Below are positions 25,196 to 34,938 of a stretch of DNA of 39,931 nt, piece after piece. Location: positions 1-39,931 of the forward strand of contig CAILTI010000010.1 in assembly GCA_903837075.1 (NCBI GenBank). Reading direction: 5' to 3'. The notes below the pieces were generated by a model, which had not been told where the DNA came from, did no database searches, and was given only the letters and a program-made list of their open reading frames with translations. Both the position numbers and the translations under genes were made by a program. Each line of letters begins with the position of its first letter. The first letter of the stretch is position 1. Source of the stretch: an uncultured bacterium. Lineage in GTDB: Bacteria > Patescibacteriota > Minisyncoccia > Phycocordibacterales > PALSA-1337.

Positions 25196-26386
25196 CTACC
25201 CCACCACCGTCCTTTTCAGTGTAGATGGGATGTGAACAGCTAGTTCATATGGTATGACGCCACCTTTCTTTGATAGAGAAACGATGGAGTTGTCGGCGGA
25301 GTTGATGTTGCTAAATACAGTTACTTCCATACCTTCCTCGACGTTCTGAACTTTTGAGATGTCTACAGCCGTCATATTCATACTGACGTTACCGATGATC
25401 GGGCAGGAGATATTGTCTCTACCAACGCCGACAAAACCATTATTAGAAAGTCGGCGATCGATACCTTCATAATATCCGACGGGAATAATGGCGATCGTCA
25501 TATCCCTGTCTGCTCGGAAGGTGCCACTATAGCCGACACTGTCATCTCTCTTCACCTTTTTGACCGAGGCGATCACCGTCTTCATGTGGAGAGCCGGGAT
25601 GAGGTTCAATTTCTGTGGAAAACTAGCACCATCGACTAGTCCATATAGTCCTAGGCCGAGTCTGGAAACGTTGGCGTCGATGTCTGGGGTAAATCGATGA
25701 CCATGAGTAGCACCGAGGTGAATATACTTCAGTGAAGGAAACTCATTTTTGAAATGGCTGACAGTTCTGTTCCAGATATTGATCTGACTTTCGGAATATG
25801 ATGGGTCGTCATTGTCTGCGTCAGATAGGTGAGAGCAGATACCTAGCAGAATGAGGTTAGTATTCTCTGCCAGTAGTTGTATGGCGGCCGGGATCTCTTC
25901 AGGCAGGATACCTTGTCTCCTCATACCAGTATCGATCTTCAAATGAATACCGATCGGGTGTTCGGTGTCTTCGAGCTCCTGTAATGATTCTAGACTACCT
26001 ATGGTGAAGGCGACATTGTTCAATGTGGAGGATAGGATACTCTCTGGTCGAGTGTAACCGATGACGAGTAGGGGAGTTTTGATACCTTGGGAGCGTAGGG
26101 CGACCGCTTCGAAATATGAATCAATAATGAAAAATGGAATAGTTCCGCTACCATTCGTATTCCTGGCATCTTTGGTACCGCGTCTATGATTTTCCAATAT
26201 TCTGGCGACATCGAAAAGACCATGACCGTAAGCATTGCTCTTCAATACTGGAGCGATACTATGGTGTGGTGCCAATTTGCGAAATTCATCTAGGTTGTTC
26301 GTCAATGCATGTCGAGATATCTCGATACTGATGAGTGGTTCATAGGGGAAACGCCTACGTGATAGCCATGTTAATGGGTTAACCAT
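25196..26386 (-). CDS. alr: Alanine racemase
   Basis: 396 aa with the PLP-lysine motif APVLKSNAYGHG and TIM-barrel plus beta-domain length. TACAAT lies 6 nt upstream of the ATG (26393-26398). Confidence 0.9.
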   Translation of the reverse strand: MVNPLTWLSRRRFPYEPLISIEISRHALTNNLDEFRKLAPHHSIAPVLKSNAYGHGLFDVARILENHRRGTKDARNTNGSGTIPFFIIDSYFEAVALRSQGIKTPLLVIGYTRPESILSSTLNNVAFTIGSLESLQELEDTEHPIGIHLKIDTGMRRQGILPEEIPAAIQLLAENTNLILLGICSHLSDADNDDPSYSESQINIWNRTVSHFKNEFPSLKYIHLGATHGHRFTPDIDANVSRLGLGLYGLVDGASFPQKLNLIPALHMKTVIASVKKVKRDDSVGYSGTFRADRDMTIAIIPVGYYEGIDRRLSNNGFVGVGRDNISCPIIGNVSMNMTAVDISKVQNVEEGMEVTVFSNINSADNSIVSLSKKGGVIPYELAVHIPSTLKRTVVG

Positions 26387-26421
26387 ATCGCTATTGTACT
26401 CGTCCTAAAGGGATTGACTAC

Positions 26422-26450
26422 TTGACAAAGAAAGTGGAAGGTGCTATAGT
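26422..26450 (+). promoter_or_regulatory. Sigma-70-type promoter with a ~130-nt structured leader
   Basis: TTGACA (26422-27), 17-nt spacer, TATAGT (26445-50). Leader hairpins are TGGGCC..GGCCCA and TTGCAC-GTGT-GTGCAA. Confidence 0.6.
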
Positions 26451-26587
26451 AATCAGGAATCTGGGCCACGACGGCCCATAAATGGCCTTTGAGAGCCACA
26501 TATAGCGATAAATACAGGCTTTTGCACGTGTGTGCAAGAGTACGTGGTTTAGTGTGTGGTTTTCGAAGCAAAAAGAAGGAGGAAGAT

Positions 26588-26794
26588 ATGAGAAAAAATA
26601 TGGCGATCATCACGGGGCTAGTCCTCGTGGTGGTCGTTGCGGTAATGGTCCTGGTACGCGATGCCAACCGTGTTGGCGCGCAGAACCGGGAAGTAGTAGT
26701 TTCCACTTCCACCGAGGCGCAAGCTGAGGTGGTGCGTGTAACGCAGCCAGTCCTTCATTTTGATGGGCTTCACGCCAATCCGAATGTCCAGTAA
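26588..26794 (+). CDS. Small single-pass membrane protein
   Basis: 68 aa (MRKNMAIITGLVLVVVVAVMVLV...). It is preceded by a canonical SD, AAGGAGG (26576-26582), 5 nt from the ATG. Confidence 0.5.
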   Translation: MRKNMAIITGLVLVVVVAVMVLVRDANRVGAQNREVVVSTSTEAQAEVVRVTQPVLHFDGLHANPNVQ

Positions 26795-26852
26795 ACAATT
26801 ACGGTAAACCAAACAAATAAACAGAAAAATTGCAGTTAACGTTAACTCGGTA

Positions 26853-27902
26853 ATGAAAGAAAAGATAGATATGAAAAGAACAATCGCACTGACACTCACG
26901 GCCGCCTTCGCACTCAATCTGAATGCGCAGGATCTGCCAATGCTTCGCTCGAAGGACGCTCTGCGTACCTACGCTCTGGAGCAATCGGCTAACGTCGCCG
27001 CCTCGATCAATGCCTCGCTTCCTGTCGGCAACAATTCCTATGGATATGTGCCGGTGGAAGAAGCAACGGCCTCTGGCATCAGTCACACCATCCGCGGCAT
27101 GAACTTGTCCGTGGATGTGGCCAATCCGAATGACTCGCTCTTCGTCTGGGCCGGCGCCTACAACGCTGACGGCGATCCGCTCTTCACCGGTTATCATCAG
27201 TTCAGTCTGGTGAACGGCAAAGGTGGCTACGCTCTGCCTCCCGATTACGGCGATGTTACCTTGACTCTGTTTGATAACATTCCGATCAAGGTCAACAACG
27301 CACGGTCGGCGATTCTCGCCATCCTCGGACCGGACGGCAAGACGCAGATGGAATACTCATTGAACGTTCAGAACGGCAAAGTGTATTTCCCTCGGCAACT
27401 TGCAGGAACAAATGCGCTGCTCGCCGTGTACACCTCTGGTGGCAAAGGCGACGCCTCAGGTTGGCTCTACTGGAATGTCGGCAACGGCACTTCCGTTCAG
27501 CCTGAGCACTTCAATGTGACGCTGAAGTCCACTATCCAAGGGGTCGTATCGGCTGTTGACCAAGGAGAGATCTTTGTCAGTGTTCCCACGACAAATAGCG
27601 TCGGATACAATCTGACGCTGGAGTTAAGGTCCACAAGTGTCGCAAGAACATTGAGCCTCGCTTCGTTCCAGACCACAGAAGGAAAATGGTTCCGTGGCGC
27701 CTGGATTCGGAAAGCCGGCACATCGGACTGGAGCTGGAATAATGCCCTACCCGATGTTTATCCGGGCGGAAAACAAGTGATGGCCGTCTATGTGTATCAA
27801 ACAACAGGCGTCTACTATGTTGTTCCTGTCTGGAACGATGGCGACCTCGCTGAACCCGCCGATCCCTGGTATCCGCCTTATTACGGCGGTGGCAAAGGTT
27901 AG
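26853..27902 (+). CDS. Secreted hypothetical protein
   Basis: 349 aa with a signal peptide (MKRTIALTLTAAFALNLNAQ, possibly starting at ATG 26871). It is beta-rich and has no recognisable motif. Confidence 0.6.
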   Translation: MKEKIDMKRTIALTLTAAFALNLNAQDLPMLRSKDALRTYALEQSANVAASINASLPVGNNSYGYVPVEEATASGISHTIRGMNLSVDVANPNDSLFVWAGAYNADGDPLFTGYHQFSLVNGKGGYALPPDYGDVTLTLFDNIPIKVNNARSAILAILGPDGKTQMEYSLNVQNGKVYFPRQLAGTNALLAVYTSGGKGDASGWLYWNVGNGTSVQPEHFNVTLKSTIQGVVSAVDQGEIFVSVPTTNSVGYNLTLELRSTSVARTLSLASFQTTEGKWFRGAWIRKAGTSDWSWNNALPDVYPGGKQVMAVYVYQTTGVYYVVPVWNDGDLAEPADPWYPPYYGGGKG

Positions 27903-27968
27903 TTCATCTGCGAACTAGATTCGTAGACTTGGCAAAGAACGCCAAGAAGTTCTTTTAGATCACAGAGC

Positions 27969-28002
27969 GCCGCATTTCCATCAGGGAAGTGCGGCCTCTT
28001 TT
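27969..28002 (+). terminator. Rho-independent terminator
   Basis: An 11-bp stem, GCCGCATTTCC / GGAAGTGCGGC, followed by CTCTTTT. Confidence 0.7.
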
Positions 28003-28191
28003 CGTATATGGAGATCTTGTAGGAGGGTGGACCTGGTTACATTACAAGGCCGCGCCTTTTCGTCTCCTCAAGTTCTAGTCTGAATCATTACACCCCTTAA
28101 ACACTTCCCGTCACATTGACACGTGGTGCACATAAGTTAATATCCATACCGGAGCGTTCCAATAAATGGTTTGAAAATTCGTCTATAAAAT

Positions 28192-28542
28192 ATGAAGAAG
28201 ATAGAAGCAGTCATCAGGCCTCACACGTTGGATGACGTTGTTATGGCCTTGGAGGACGGTGCGTGCATCTCTGGCCTCACAGTATATGAGGTACGGGGCT
28301 TCGGAATGATACATGGCCGCAGCAGACTTAGTCGAACACTAGAAAATGATCCAGAATACGTCGCGATGTTATGGGTCATCGTCGTTGTCGATGATGAGTT
28401 AGCCGAGGATGTGGTGAATATCATCCTGAGTAAGGCGTGGACGGGTCAGGCAGGTGATGGTCTCATCATTGTGTCAGATATCGAGGAACTCATTTCCATA
28501 CGAACAGTGAGAAAGTATCGAGAAATGTCCAATTGTGGTTAG
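28192..28542 (+). CDS. P-II (GlnB/GlnK) family signal protein with a divergent T-loop
   Basis: MKKIEAVIRPHTLDDV..TVYEVRGFG and the B-loop TGQAGDGLII are present. The T-loop reads GMIHGRSRLSRTLENDPEY, without the canonical YRGAEY. Confidence 0.75.
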   Translation: MKKIEAVIRPHTLDDVVMALEDGACISGLTVYEVRGFGMIHGRSRLSRTLENDPEYVAMLWVIVVVDDELAEDVVNIILSKAWTGQAGDGLIIVSDIEELISIRTVRKYREMSNCG

Positions 28543-28568
28543 GTTGTGACAAAATTTCAGTACTCATG

Positions 28569-28595
28569 GGTGTAGGACGGTTCTACACCTTTTTT
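28569..28595 (+). terminator. Rho-independent terminator of the P-II gene
   Basis: GGTGTAG / loop / CTACACC, followed by TTTTTT. Confidence 0.75.
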
Positions 28596-28620
28596 GACCA
28601 CTATTCGACAATGGTAGACG

Positions 28621-28649
28621 TTGTCAGCGCCGCGAATTTGCGCTAATAA
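28621..28649 (+). promoter_or_regulatory. Putative promoter of tuf and the ribosomal protein cluster
   Basis: TTGTCA, a 17-nt spacer (GCGCCGCGAATTTGCGC, itself palindromic), TAATAA. A ~150-nt structured leader follows. Confidence 0.4.
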
Positions 28650-28797
28650 TCAACCTATGTTAAGCTACTTCTTACGCGCCACGAGGGCGTATTTACAAGA
28701 CTATTAATAATTTATCCCCTGCATTTTGGAATTCTCGCTGGGATACGAGTTCAATCTCGTCGAGTATTCCAAAGAGTCGGGGCACTAAAACAATAAT

Positions 28798-29988
28798 ATG
28801 GCAACAGCAGAATTCAATCGCACAAAGCCCCATGTAAACGTGGGTACTATCGGTCACATCGACCACGGGAAGTCAACATTGACGGCCGCTATTTTGGCAG
28901 TTCAGTCAAAGAAGGGTCTAGCCAATGTCAAAGCTTACGCAGACATTACCAAGGGAGGTACAGTTCGTGATGCGACAAAGACCGTAACTATTTCTCTATC
29001 TCACGTAGAGTATGAGACAGCTACTCGTCACTATGCCCACATCGACTGTCCAGGACACGCCGACTTCATCAAGAACATGATCACTGGTGCCGCTCAGATG
29101 GACGGTGCTATCCTCGTCGTATCAGCAACAGATGGAGTGATGCCTCAGACACGTGAACACGTACTTTTGGCTTACCAGGTTGGTGTTCCAAAGATCGTAG
29201 TTTTTCTAAACAAGTGTGACCTCGTTCCAGAGCAGGATCTCATCGATCTAGTCGAGGAAGAGGTTCGTGAACTTCTAACAAAGAACAAATTTGATGGCAA
29301 GAATGTCCCGATCGTCCGCGGTTCAGCTTCCAATGCATTGAATGGCGACGCCACATGGTCACTAAAGATCGACGAGCTCATGAATGCTCTCGACACCTAT
29401 ATCCCAACTCCAGTTCGTGAAGTCGACAAGCCATTCCTCATGCCTATCGAAGACATCTTCTCTATCGAAGGACGCGGAACAGTCGTTACTGGCCGTATCG
29501 AGCGCGGTATCGTGAAGGTTGGTGAGGAATGCGAGATCATCGGATTCAAGGATACAGCCAAGACCGTTATCACAGGTATCGAGATGTTCAACAAGTCACT
29601 CAAGGAAGGTATGGCAGGTGACAACGCAGGACTACTTCTACGCGGTACAGGCAAGGATGATGTGTCACGTGGTCAAGTATTGGCCAAGCCAGGTTCAGTC
29701 AAGCCTCACACAGAGTTCGAGGCAGAAGTATACGTTTTGAAGAAAGAAGAGGGAGGTCGCCACACACCATTCTTCACTGGTTACAAGCCACAGTTCTATA
29801 TCAGAACGACGGACGTAACAGGCGAAGTAACATTGCCTGAGAAGGTTGAGATGGTCATGCCAGGTGATACAGTCACATTCAAAGTCAAACTCGTTGCCCC
29901 AGTCGCTCTCGAGGACAAGCAGCGTTTCGCAGTTCGTGAAGGCGGTAAGACAGTAGGCGCAGGAGTTGTTACGAAGGTGGTCGCGTAG
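28798..29988 (+). CDS. tuf: Elongation factor Tu
   Basis: 396 aa with [17 protein letters not shown] and NKCD. Confidence 0.98.
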   Translation: MATAEFNRTKPHVNVGTIGHIDHGKSTLTAAILAVQSKKGLANVKAYADITKGGTVRDATKTVTISLSHVEYETATRHYAHIDCPGHADFIKNMITGAAQMDGAILVVSATDGVMPQTREHVLLAYQVGVPKIVVFLNKCDLVPEQDLIDLVEEEVRELLTKNKFDGKNVPIVRGSASNALNGDATWSLKIDELMNALDTYIPTPVREVDKPFLMPIEDIFSIEGRGTVVTGRIERGIVKVGEECEIIGFKDTAKTVITGIEMFNKSLKEGMAGDNAGLLLRGTGKDDVSRGQVLAKPGSVKPHTEFEAEVYVLKKEEGGRHTPFFTGYKPQFYIRTTDVTGEVTLPEKVEMVMPGDTVTFKVKLVAPVALEDKQRFAVREGGKTVGAGVVTKVVA

Positions 29989-30072
29989 ACAGGGACTAGT
30001 GTCTAGGGGATAGTGACTAGTAATAGCAGATAAAACTAACCACTAACAACTAGTCACTAATCACTAAATAAA

Positions 30073-30471
30073 ATGCCTAACAAAGATACAATAAATAACG
30101 AAGTAGTTTCCCAGCCTGTTGTAAAGAAGGCTCCACGCACGAGGAAACCGAAGGCCGTCGCGGAGACGCCACACCTCCGGATCCGAGTGAGAGCTTACGA
30201 ACACAAGATACTGGACTCTTCTTTGAAACAGATCATGGATACGGCCGCCAGATACGATGCGGAGATACATGGTCCAGTGCCTCTGCCAACAGAGATCAAG
30301 AAGTACACCGTTAACCGTTCCTCATTCATCGACAAGAATTCCAGAGAGCAGTTCGAGATGAGAGTACACAAGAGGCTGATAGATATAGTGAATCCAAATC
30401 CGAAAGTTATCGAAGCACTCACAAATCTAAGTCTGCCGTCAGGAGTGAATATCGATGTGAAGATGATGTAA
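30073..30471 (+). CDS. rpsJ: 30S ribosomal protein S10 (with a ~30-aa basic N-terminal extension)
   Basis: LRIRVRAYEHKILD...GPVPLPT... Confidence 0.93.
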   Translation: MPNKDTINNEVVSQPVVKKAPRTRKPKAVAETPHLRIRVRAYEHKILDSSLKQIMDTAARYDAEIHGPVPLPTEIKKYTVNRSSFIDKNSREQFEMRVHKRLIDIVNPNPKVIEALTNLSLPSGVNIDVKMM

Positions 30472-30612
30472 GGTTGACATACGAATCGAAGCATACAAAT
30501 ATGCGAATGGTACCAATATACGAATGTCTACGAATGTAGTAGACAACTGTTTGGTGACATTCGTATCCATTCGTTGATTCGTAAAATTCGTATATTCGTA
30601 TAACTATCCCCC

Positions 30613-31239
30613 ATGAAATTCATTTTAGGAAGAAAACTCAATATGACACAGATCTACGATGCTTCTGGCAGAGCTATTCCAGTTACAGCAGTAGAAGTCC
30701 GCGGGAACACTGTTGTTCAGATCAGAACCAAGGATGTAGATGGCTACGAGGCTGTACAGGTCGGTGAGGGAACACGCAACGTGAACCGCATCGCCAAGCC
30801 ACAGAAAGGCCATTTCAAGGACCTGGGTAATTTTGCCTCAGTCTGTGAGTTTCGTGCTACACCATATACGCTAAACCCGATGCCTTCGTTCAAAGTTGGT
30901 GACAAGGTTGAACTGGCCCAATTCAAGATCGGCGATGTCGTCGTGGTCAGTGCCACATCCAAAGGTAAAGGTTTCCAAGGTGTAGTCAAACGTCACGGAT
31001 TCCATGGAGGTCCTAGAACTCACGGTCAGAAACACTCCGAAAGGGAGCCAGGTTCGATCGGTGGAGGCTTGAGAACTCACGTACCAGTCGGTATGCGCAT
31101 GGCAGGCAGAATGGGTAGTGATCGAGTCACGGTGAAGAATCTGAAAGTCGCACATATTGACGTAGAGGATTCTGTAATGTATGTTTCTGGAGCAATACCA
31201 GGACGCCGAGGTTCGCTGGTGGAGATCGTAGGACAATAA
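30613..31239 (+). CDS. rplC: 50S ribosomal protein L3
   Basis: GRKLNMTQIYD...KGKGFQGVVKRHGF. Confidence 0.95.
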   Translation: MKFILGRKLNMTQIYDASGRAIPVTAVEVRGNTVVQIRTKDVDGYEAVQVGEGTRNVNRIAKPQKGHFKDLGNFASVCEFRATPYTLNPMPSFKVGDKVELAQFKIGDVVVVSATSKGKGFQGVVKRHGFHGGPRTHGQKHSEREPGSIGGGLRTHVPVGMRMAGRMGSDRVTVKNLKVAHIDVEDSVMYVSGAIPGRRGSLVEIVGQ

Positions 31240-31330
31240 GATTGAAAGATTGAAAATTGAGTGATTGAAAAATAGTAGTGAAAATGAATCATTCAATCCT
31301 TCAATATTCAATCATTCAATAAATAATACA

Positions 31331-32020
31331 ATGGAAGCAACAATATACAATCAAACAGGCAAACCAGTAGGAAAGACGAAACTTCCAGAAAGCATTTTTG
31401 GTGTGCCATGGAATGCAGACCTAGTTCACGAGGTTGTTAGGTTGATGAATTCCAATTCCAGGACGAATATCGCTCATACGAAGACTCGCGGAGAGGTTCG
31501 TGGTGGCGGTAAGAAGCCTTGGAAGCAGAAAGGTACTGGTAGAGCTCGTCACGGTTCCACTCGTTCTCCGATATGGGTAGGTGGAGGTGTCGCTCATGGT
31601 CCTAGGAATGACAAGAACTTTGATCGCAAGATCAACAAGAAAGCCCGAGCCAAGGCACTTTACACTATTCTTTCTCGTAAATTCAAAGAAGGCGAGATCC
31701 TATTTGTCGATAGTATGAACTTTGCAGTACCGAAAACCAAGGAAGCTATCACTATGATCAGCCAATTGGCATCTATCAAAGGATTTGAGAGGTTGTCAAC
31801 GAAGAAATCAAACACCGCCATCATCGCTCTGGATAGGAAGGTGAAGACCGTCGAGAAGAGTTTCCAAAACATTGGCAATATTTCCATAGAAGAGTTCCGC
31901 AACATCAATCCAGTTTCATTATTGAATCATGCTTTCCTCGTCGTCGTAAATCCTGAGGAATCATTGAAAGCATTGAACGCAAAGACTACGAAAGCTTCGG
32001 CTGTAGCCACAAAAAACTAA
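31331..32020 (+). CDS. rplD: 50S ribosomal protein L4
   Basis: The start is placed at ATG 31331 (MEATIYNQTGK...), since the upstream extension is just translated spacer repeat. KPWKQKGTGRARHGS is present. Confidence 0.92.
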   Translation: MEATIYNQTGKPVGKTKLPESIFGVPWNADLVHEVVRLMNSNSRTNIAHTKTRGEVRGGGKKPWKQKGTGRARHGSTRSPIWVGGGVAHGPRNDKNFDRKINKKARAKALYTILSRKFKEGEILFVDSMNFAVPKTKEAITMISQLASIKGFERLSTKKSNTAIIALDRKVKTVEKSFQNIGNISIEEFRNINPVSLLNHAFLVVVNPEESLKALNAKTTKASAVATKN

Positions 32021-32053
32021 CCCCTAATCACTATACCCTAACCCCTAACTACC

Positions 32054-32536
32054 ATGGCCATATTCGGATTCAAAAAGAGAAAAGACGACAAACTACAACA
32101 GTCAGCTGTTCAGACAAAAGCTGCGGCCGCAAAGGGCGCAAAGAAGCATGTTGTCGTCGCAAAGAAGCAGGAGTCCGAGAAGCATGAGAAGATCGTAGCA
32201 GCGGCCCCAGTCCTCATAACCAAGCCTTCCAAGGTTGTCGCAGTACCTCTCGAGAGTTTCTCCAATGTTTCGGAGGCCATCATACGACCTCGTGTTACGG
32301 AAAAGTCTGGGATACTCAGTCAGTCTGGCAGATACACATTCGAAGTCACTAGGAATGCCAACAAGCAGTCTATCGCGAATGCTGTGAACGCTCTCTACAA
32401 GGTACGACCGATCAAGGTTGCTGTGCTGAATACACCAGTCAAGAACGTCTTTGTGAAAGGTCGCCATGGAAAAGTTTCCGGTATTCGCAAGGCGATCGTG
32501 ACACTGAAGAAGGGGGAGAAGATAGATTTTGTGTAA
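32054..32536 (+). CDS. rplW: 50S ribosomal protein L23 (with a ~70-aa Lys/Ala-rich N-terminal extension)
   Basis: The C-terminal core is IIRPRVTEKS...YTFEV...KKGEKIDF. Confidence 0.88.
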   Translation: MAIFGFKKRKDDKLQQSAVQTKAAAAKGAKKHVVVAKKQESEKHEKIVAAAPVLITKPSKVVAVPLESFSNVSEAIIRPRVTEKSGILSQSGRYTFEVTRNANKQSIANAVNALYKVRPIKVAVLNTPVKNVFVKGRHGKVSGIRKAIVTLKKGEKIDFV

Positions 32537-32582
32537 TTTTCCATTTTAATTTTTCCATTTTCAATTATAATAATTAACTACA

Positions 32583-33437
32583 ATGAAGACTTACAGGCCA
32601 ACAAGCAAATCACGCCGACACATGACAGTCCTGCCATTCAAGGACTATGTCACTGTGAGCGAACCACACAAGGCTCTCACCGTCGGTTTTAAGCGCGACA
32701 TGGGACGCAATGCATTTGGTCGTATCACTGTTCGACACAAGGGAGGAGGTCACAAGAAGCTCTATCGTATGATCGACTTTATATATGACAAGAAGGACCA
32801 GATCGCAACAGTCAAGACTGTAGAATATGATCCATTCCGCACTGGTTACATCGGTATTGTGAATTACAAGGATGGAACGAAGCGTTACGTTTTGCTACCA
32901 AAGACGATGAAAGTCGGCAATTCATTCATCGTTTCAGAAAACGCACCTATCGAAACAGGCAATCGTCTACCTCTCAAAAAGATCCCAGTTGGTACATACA
33001 TTTTCAATGTCGAAGTAAAGCCAGGTAGTGGTGCAAAGCTCGTCCGTTCTGCCGGTTCATTCGGTCAGGTAGTTGCCAATGACGCTGGATATACACATAT
33101 CAAGATGCCTTCCACGGAAGTTCGCAAGATCCACGAAGATGCCTGGGCTTCTATAGGTGCAGTTTCGAACGAAGAGAATCGCCTAGTCAATATCGGTAAA
33201 GCTGGTCGTTCACGCTGGATGGGTATCCGCCCTACAGTTCGCGGTTCTGCTCAGAACCCAGTTGACCACCCATACGGTGGAGGTGAACAGAGGTCTGGTC
33301 GCGGTCTACGAAGACTAAAGACTCGCTGGGGCAAACCAGCAGGTAAAGGTCAGAAGACTCGCCGTCCAAAGAAATATTCGAACGTTTTCGTCGTTTCTCG
33401 TCGTATTCCTGGAAAGAATATGACAGCAGCTAGTTAG
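32583..33437 (+). CDS. rplB: 50S ribosomal protein L2
   Basis: GGGHKKLYR...NPVDHPYGGGE. Confidence 0.96.
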   Translation: MKTYRPTSKSRRHMTVLPFKDYVTVSEPHKALTVGFKRDMGRNAFGRITVRHKGGGHKKLYRMIDFIYDKKDQIATVKTVEYDPFRTGYIGIVNYKDGTKRYVLLPKTMKVGNSFIVSENAPIETGNRLPLKKIPVGTYIFNVEVKPGSGAKLVRSAGSFGQVVANDAGYTHIKMPSTEVRKIHEDAWASIGAVSNEENRLVNIGKAGRSRWMGIRPTVRGSAQNPVDHPYGGGEQRSGRGLRRLKTRWGKPAGKGQKTRRPKKYSNVFVVSRRIPGKNMTAAS

Positions 33438-33593
33438 TTGCGAGGATTTAGGGTTTAGTAGGCGCGATTTCTATACCCTATACCCTAGCCCCTAGAACCT
33501 AACCCATAATCTAGATGTACAAACTATTTGTAAAAATAGGCAAGAGCACGATCGTATTCATGATGACATTGATCCAGGGCAAGTGAGAGTCGC

Positions 33594-34394
33594 TCATTTG
33601 CCCTTTGCGAGTGGTAGTGTGACAGTACAGGTTGTACCGGTGCCTGCACCTGCAGAATAGACATCGATACGGCCGCCTAGTCGTTTCAATATAGATCTAG
33701 TCAGATATAGACTCACACCGAAGCCTTCGGTATCCATACGGGAGGCATTCTTGGCGCGGAAGAATTTCGTGAATATATGTGACTGATCAGCATTCTCGAT
33801 GCCGATACCGTTGTCCTTGACGACGAATACAGCCTTGTTCTTGACCTTCCCGACGGCTACATCTACGTTCTTGCCTGGGCTGCTGTATATGAGAGCGTTT
33901 TCGAGTAATGACTGAATAACGAATTCGAGCTGGTTCTTGTCGACGTTGACGAGAACATCCTCTGATTCGCATGAAATCGAAATAAAGAGATTTTTCATGT
34001 GGAAATCTTCTTTCAGAGAGTCGACCATATTCTTGACTGATTCGAAGAGAGGGTAAATCTTGAAATCATATATCTGTGTCGACGCGTCATCTGATCCGGC
34101 CAGTTCTATCAATGTCCCCATTAGGTCAACCAGCAGTTTGTTTGAATGCTGGATGTCTAGGAGTTTCTCTTTCTTGAATGAATTGGTCTCACTTTGTGCG
34201 AGTTCATCAGATGTCCATTTGATATGCGTCAAAGGTGTACGGAACTTGTGAGCTACTATCGTGATGAATTCATTCTTTAGTTTTTCGTTCTCATTCATTT
34301 TTACCCAGTATTTACGGAGCGTGATGAATATAATTGATAAAATGATGACGACCACTACGGCCGTTTCGACTATCTGTATAGTTTCTGTGTCCAT
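33594..34394 (-). CDS. Minimal membrane-anchored histidine kinase (one TM, HisKA, HATPase_c), with no adjacent response regulator
   Basis: The H box is AHKFRTPLTHI, the N box LLENALIYS, G1 VKDNGIGI, F box FTKFFRA, and G2 GFGVSLYL. TATAAT (34406-34401 on the minus strand) lies 6 nt before the ATG. Confidence 0.88.
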   Translation of the reverse strand: MDTETIQIVETAVVVVIILSIIFITLRKYWVKMNENEKLKNEFITIVAHKFRTPLTHIKWTSDELAQSETNSFKKEKLLDIQHSNKLLVDLMGTLIELAGSDDASTQIYDFKIYPLFESVKNMVDSLKEDFHMKNLFISISCESEDVLVNVDKNQLEFVIQSLLENALIYSSPGKNVDVAVGKVKNKAVFVVKDNGIGIENADQSHIFTKFFRAKNASRMDTEGFGVSLYLTRSILKRLGGRIDVYSAGAGTGTTCTVTLPLAKGK

Positions 34395-34461
34395 GAGTGG
34401 ATTATATCATGACAGGGAATAGGTGTCGTCATTTAATTTATATAAATGCTATAATTGGTGC

Positions 34462-34896
34462 ATGTCTAGTAAAGTATCTACGGTAGACCGCTTACAGAAA
34501 GCTGGCTCGTTCAAGATGTGGCGAATAATAGTCAATTTCTGGACTCTGATATTTTTTACGGCGATCATCTTTGATTTCTATAATGACAACATGTTGTCGA
34601 AGGATGAGATCCTCCTCGGAGTTGCGGGGATATATGCTGCTGCCTTGGCTATATATAGTGCAGAGAAGGAATTTCGTCGTTGGCATCACATGCACAAATC
34701 TCTACATCCTGGTGAGCTTTACGTTATCATCTGGACCATCCTGATGCTGTTTCTCATCGTCGGCCCTGGTATATATGGATACTCGTATCATCTCCCATCT
34801 GAAGTCAGCGCTTCCTATATCGCTATGGTCAGTATCCTGGCCATTACTCGAGAATCCAAGAATTTTTACAAGAGAAAGGGGAAGATGAAGAGGTGA
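34462..34896 (+). CDS. Integral membrane protein (3-4 TM helices), function unknown
   Basis: The start is placed at ATG 34462, 6 nt after TATAAT (34450-55). The alternative is GTG 34423. TM segments include IIVNFWTLIFFTAIIFDF and LYVIIWTILMLFLIVG. Confidence 0.55.
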   Translation: MSSKVSTVDRLQKAGSFKMWRIIVNFWTLIFFTAIIFDFYNDNMLSKDEILLGVAGIYAAALAIYSAEKEFRRWHHMHKSLHPGELYVIIWTILMLFLIVGPGIYGYSYHLPSEVSASYIAMVSILAITRESKNFYKRKGKMKR

Positions 34897-34909
34897 TATC
34901 TAGCAACAC

Positions 34910-34938
34910 TTGACTTCAAACGGCGGCTCTGTTAACAT
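34910..34938 (+). promoter_or_regulatory. Putative internal promoter restarting the ribosomal protein operon at rpsS
   Basis: TTGACT (34910-15), 17-nt spacer, TAACAT (34933-38). Confidence 0.45.
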
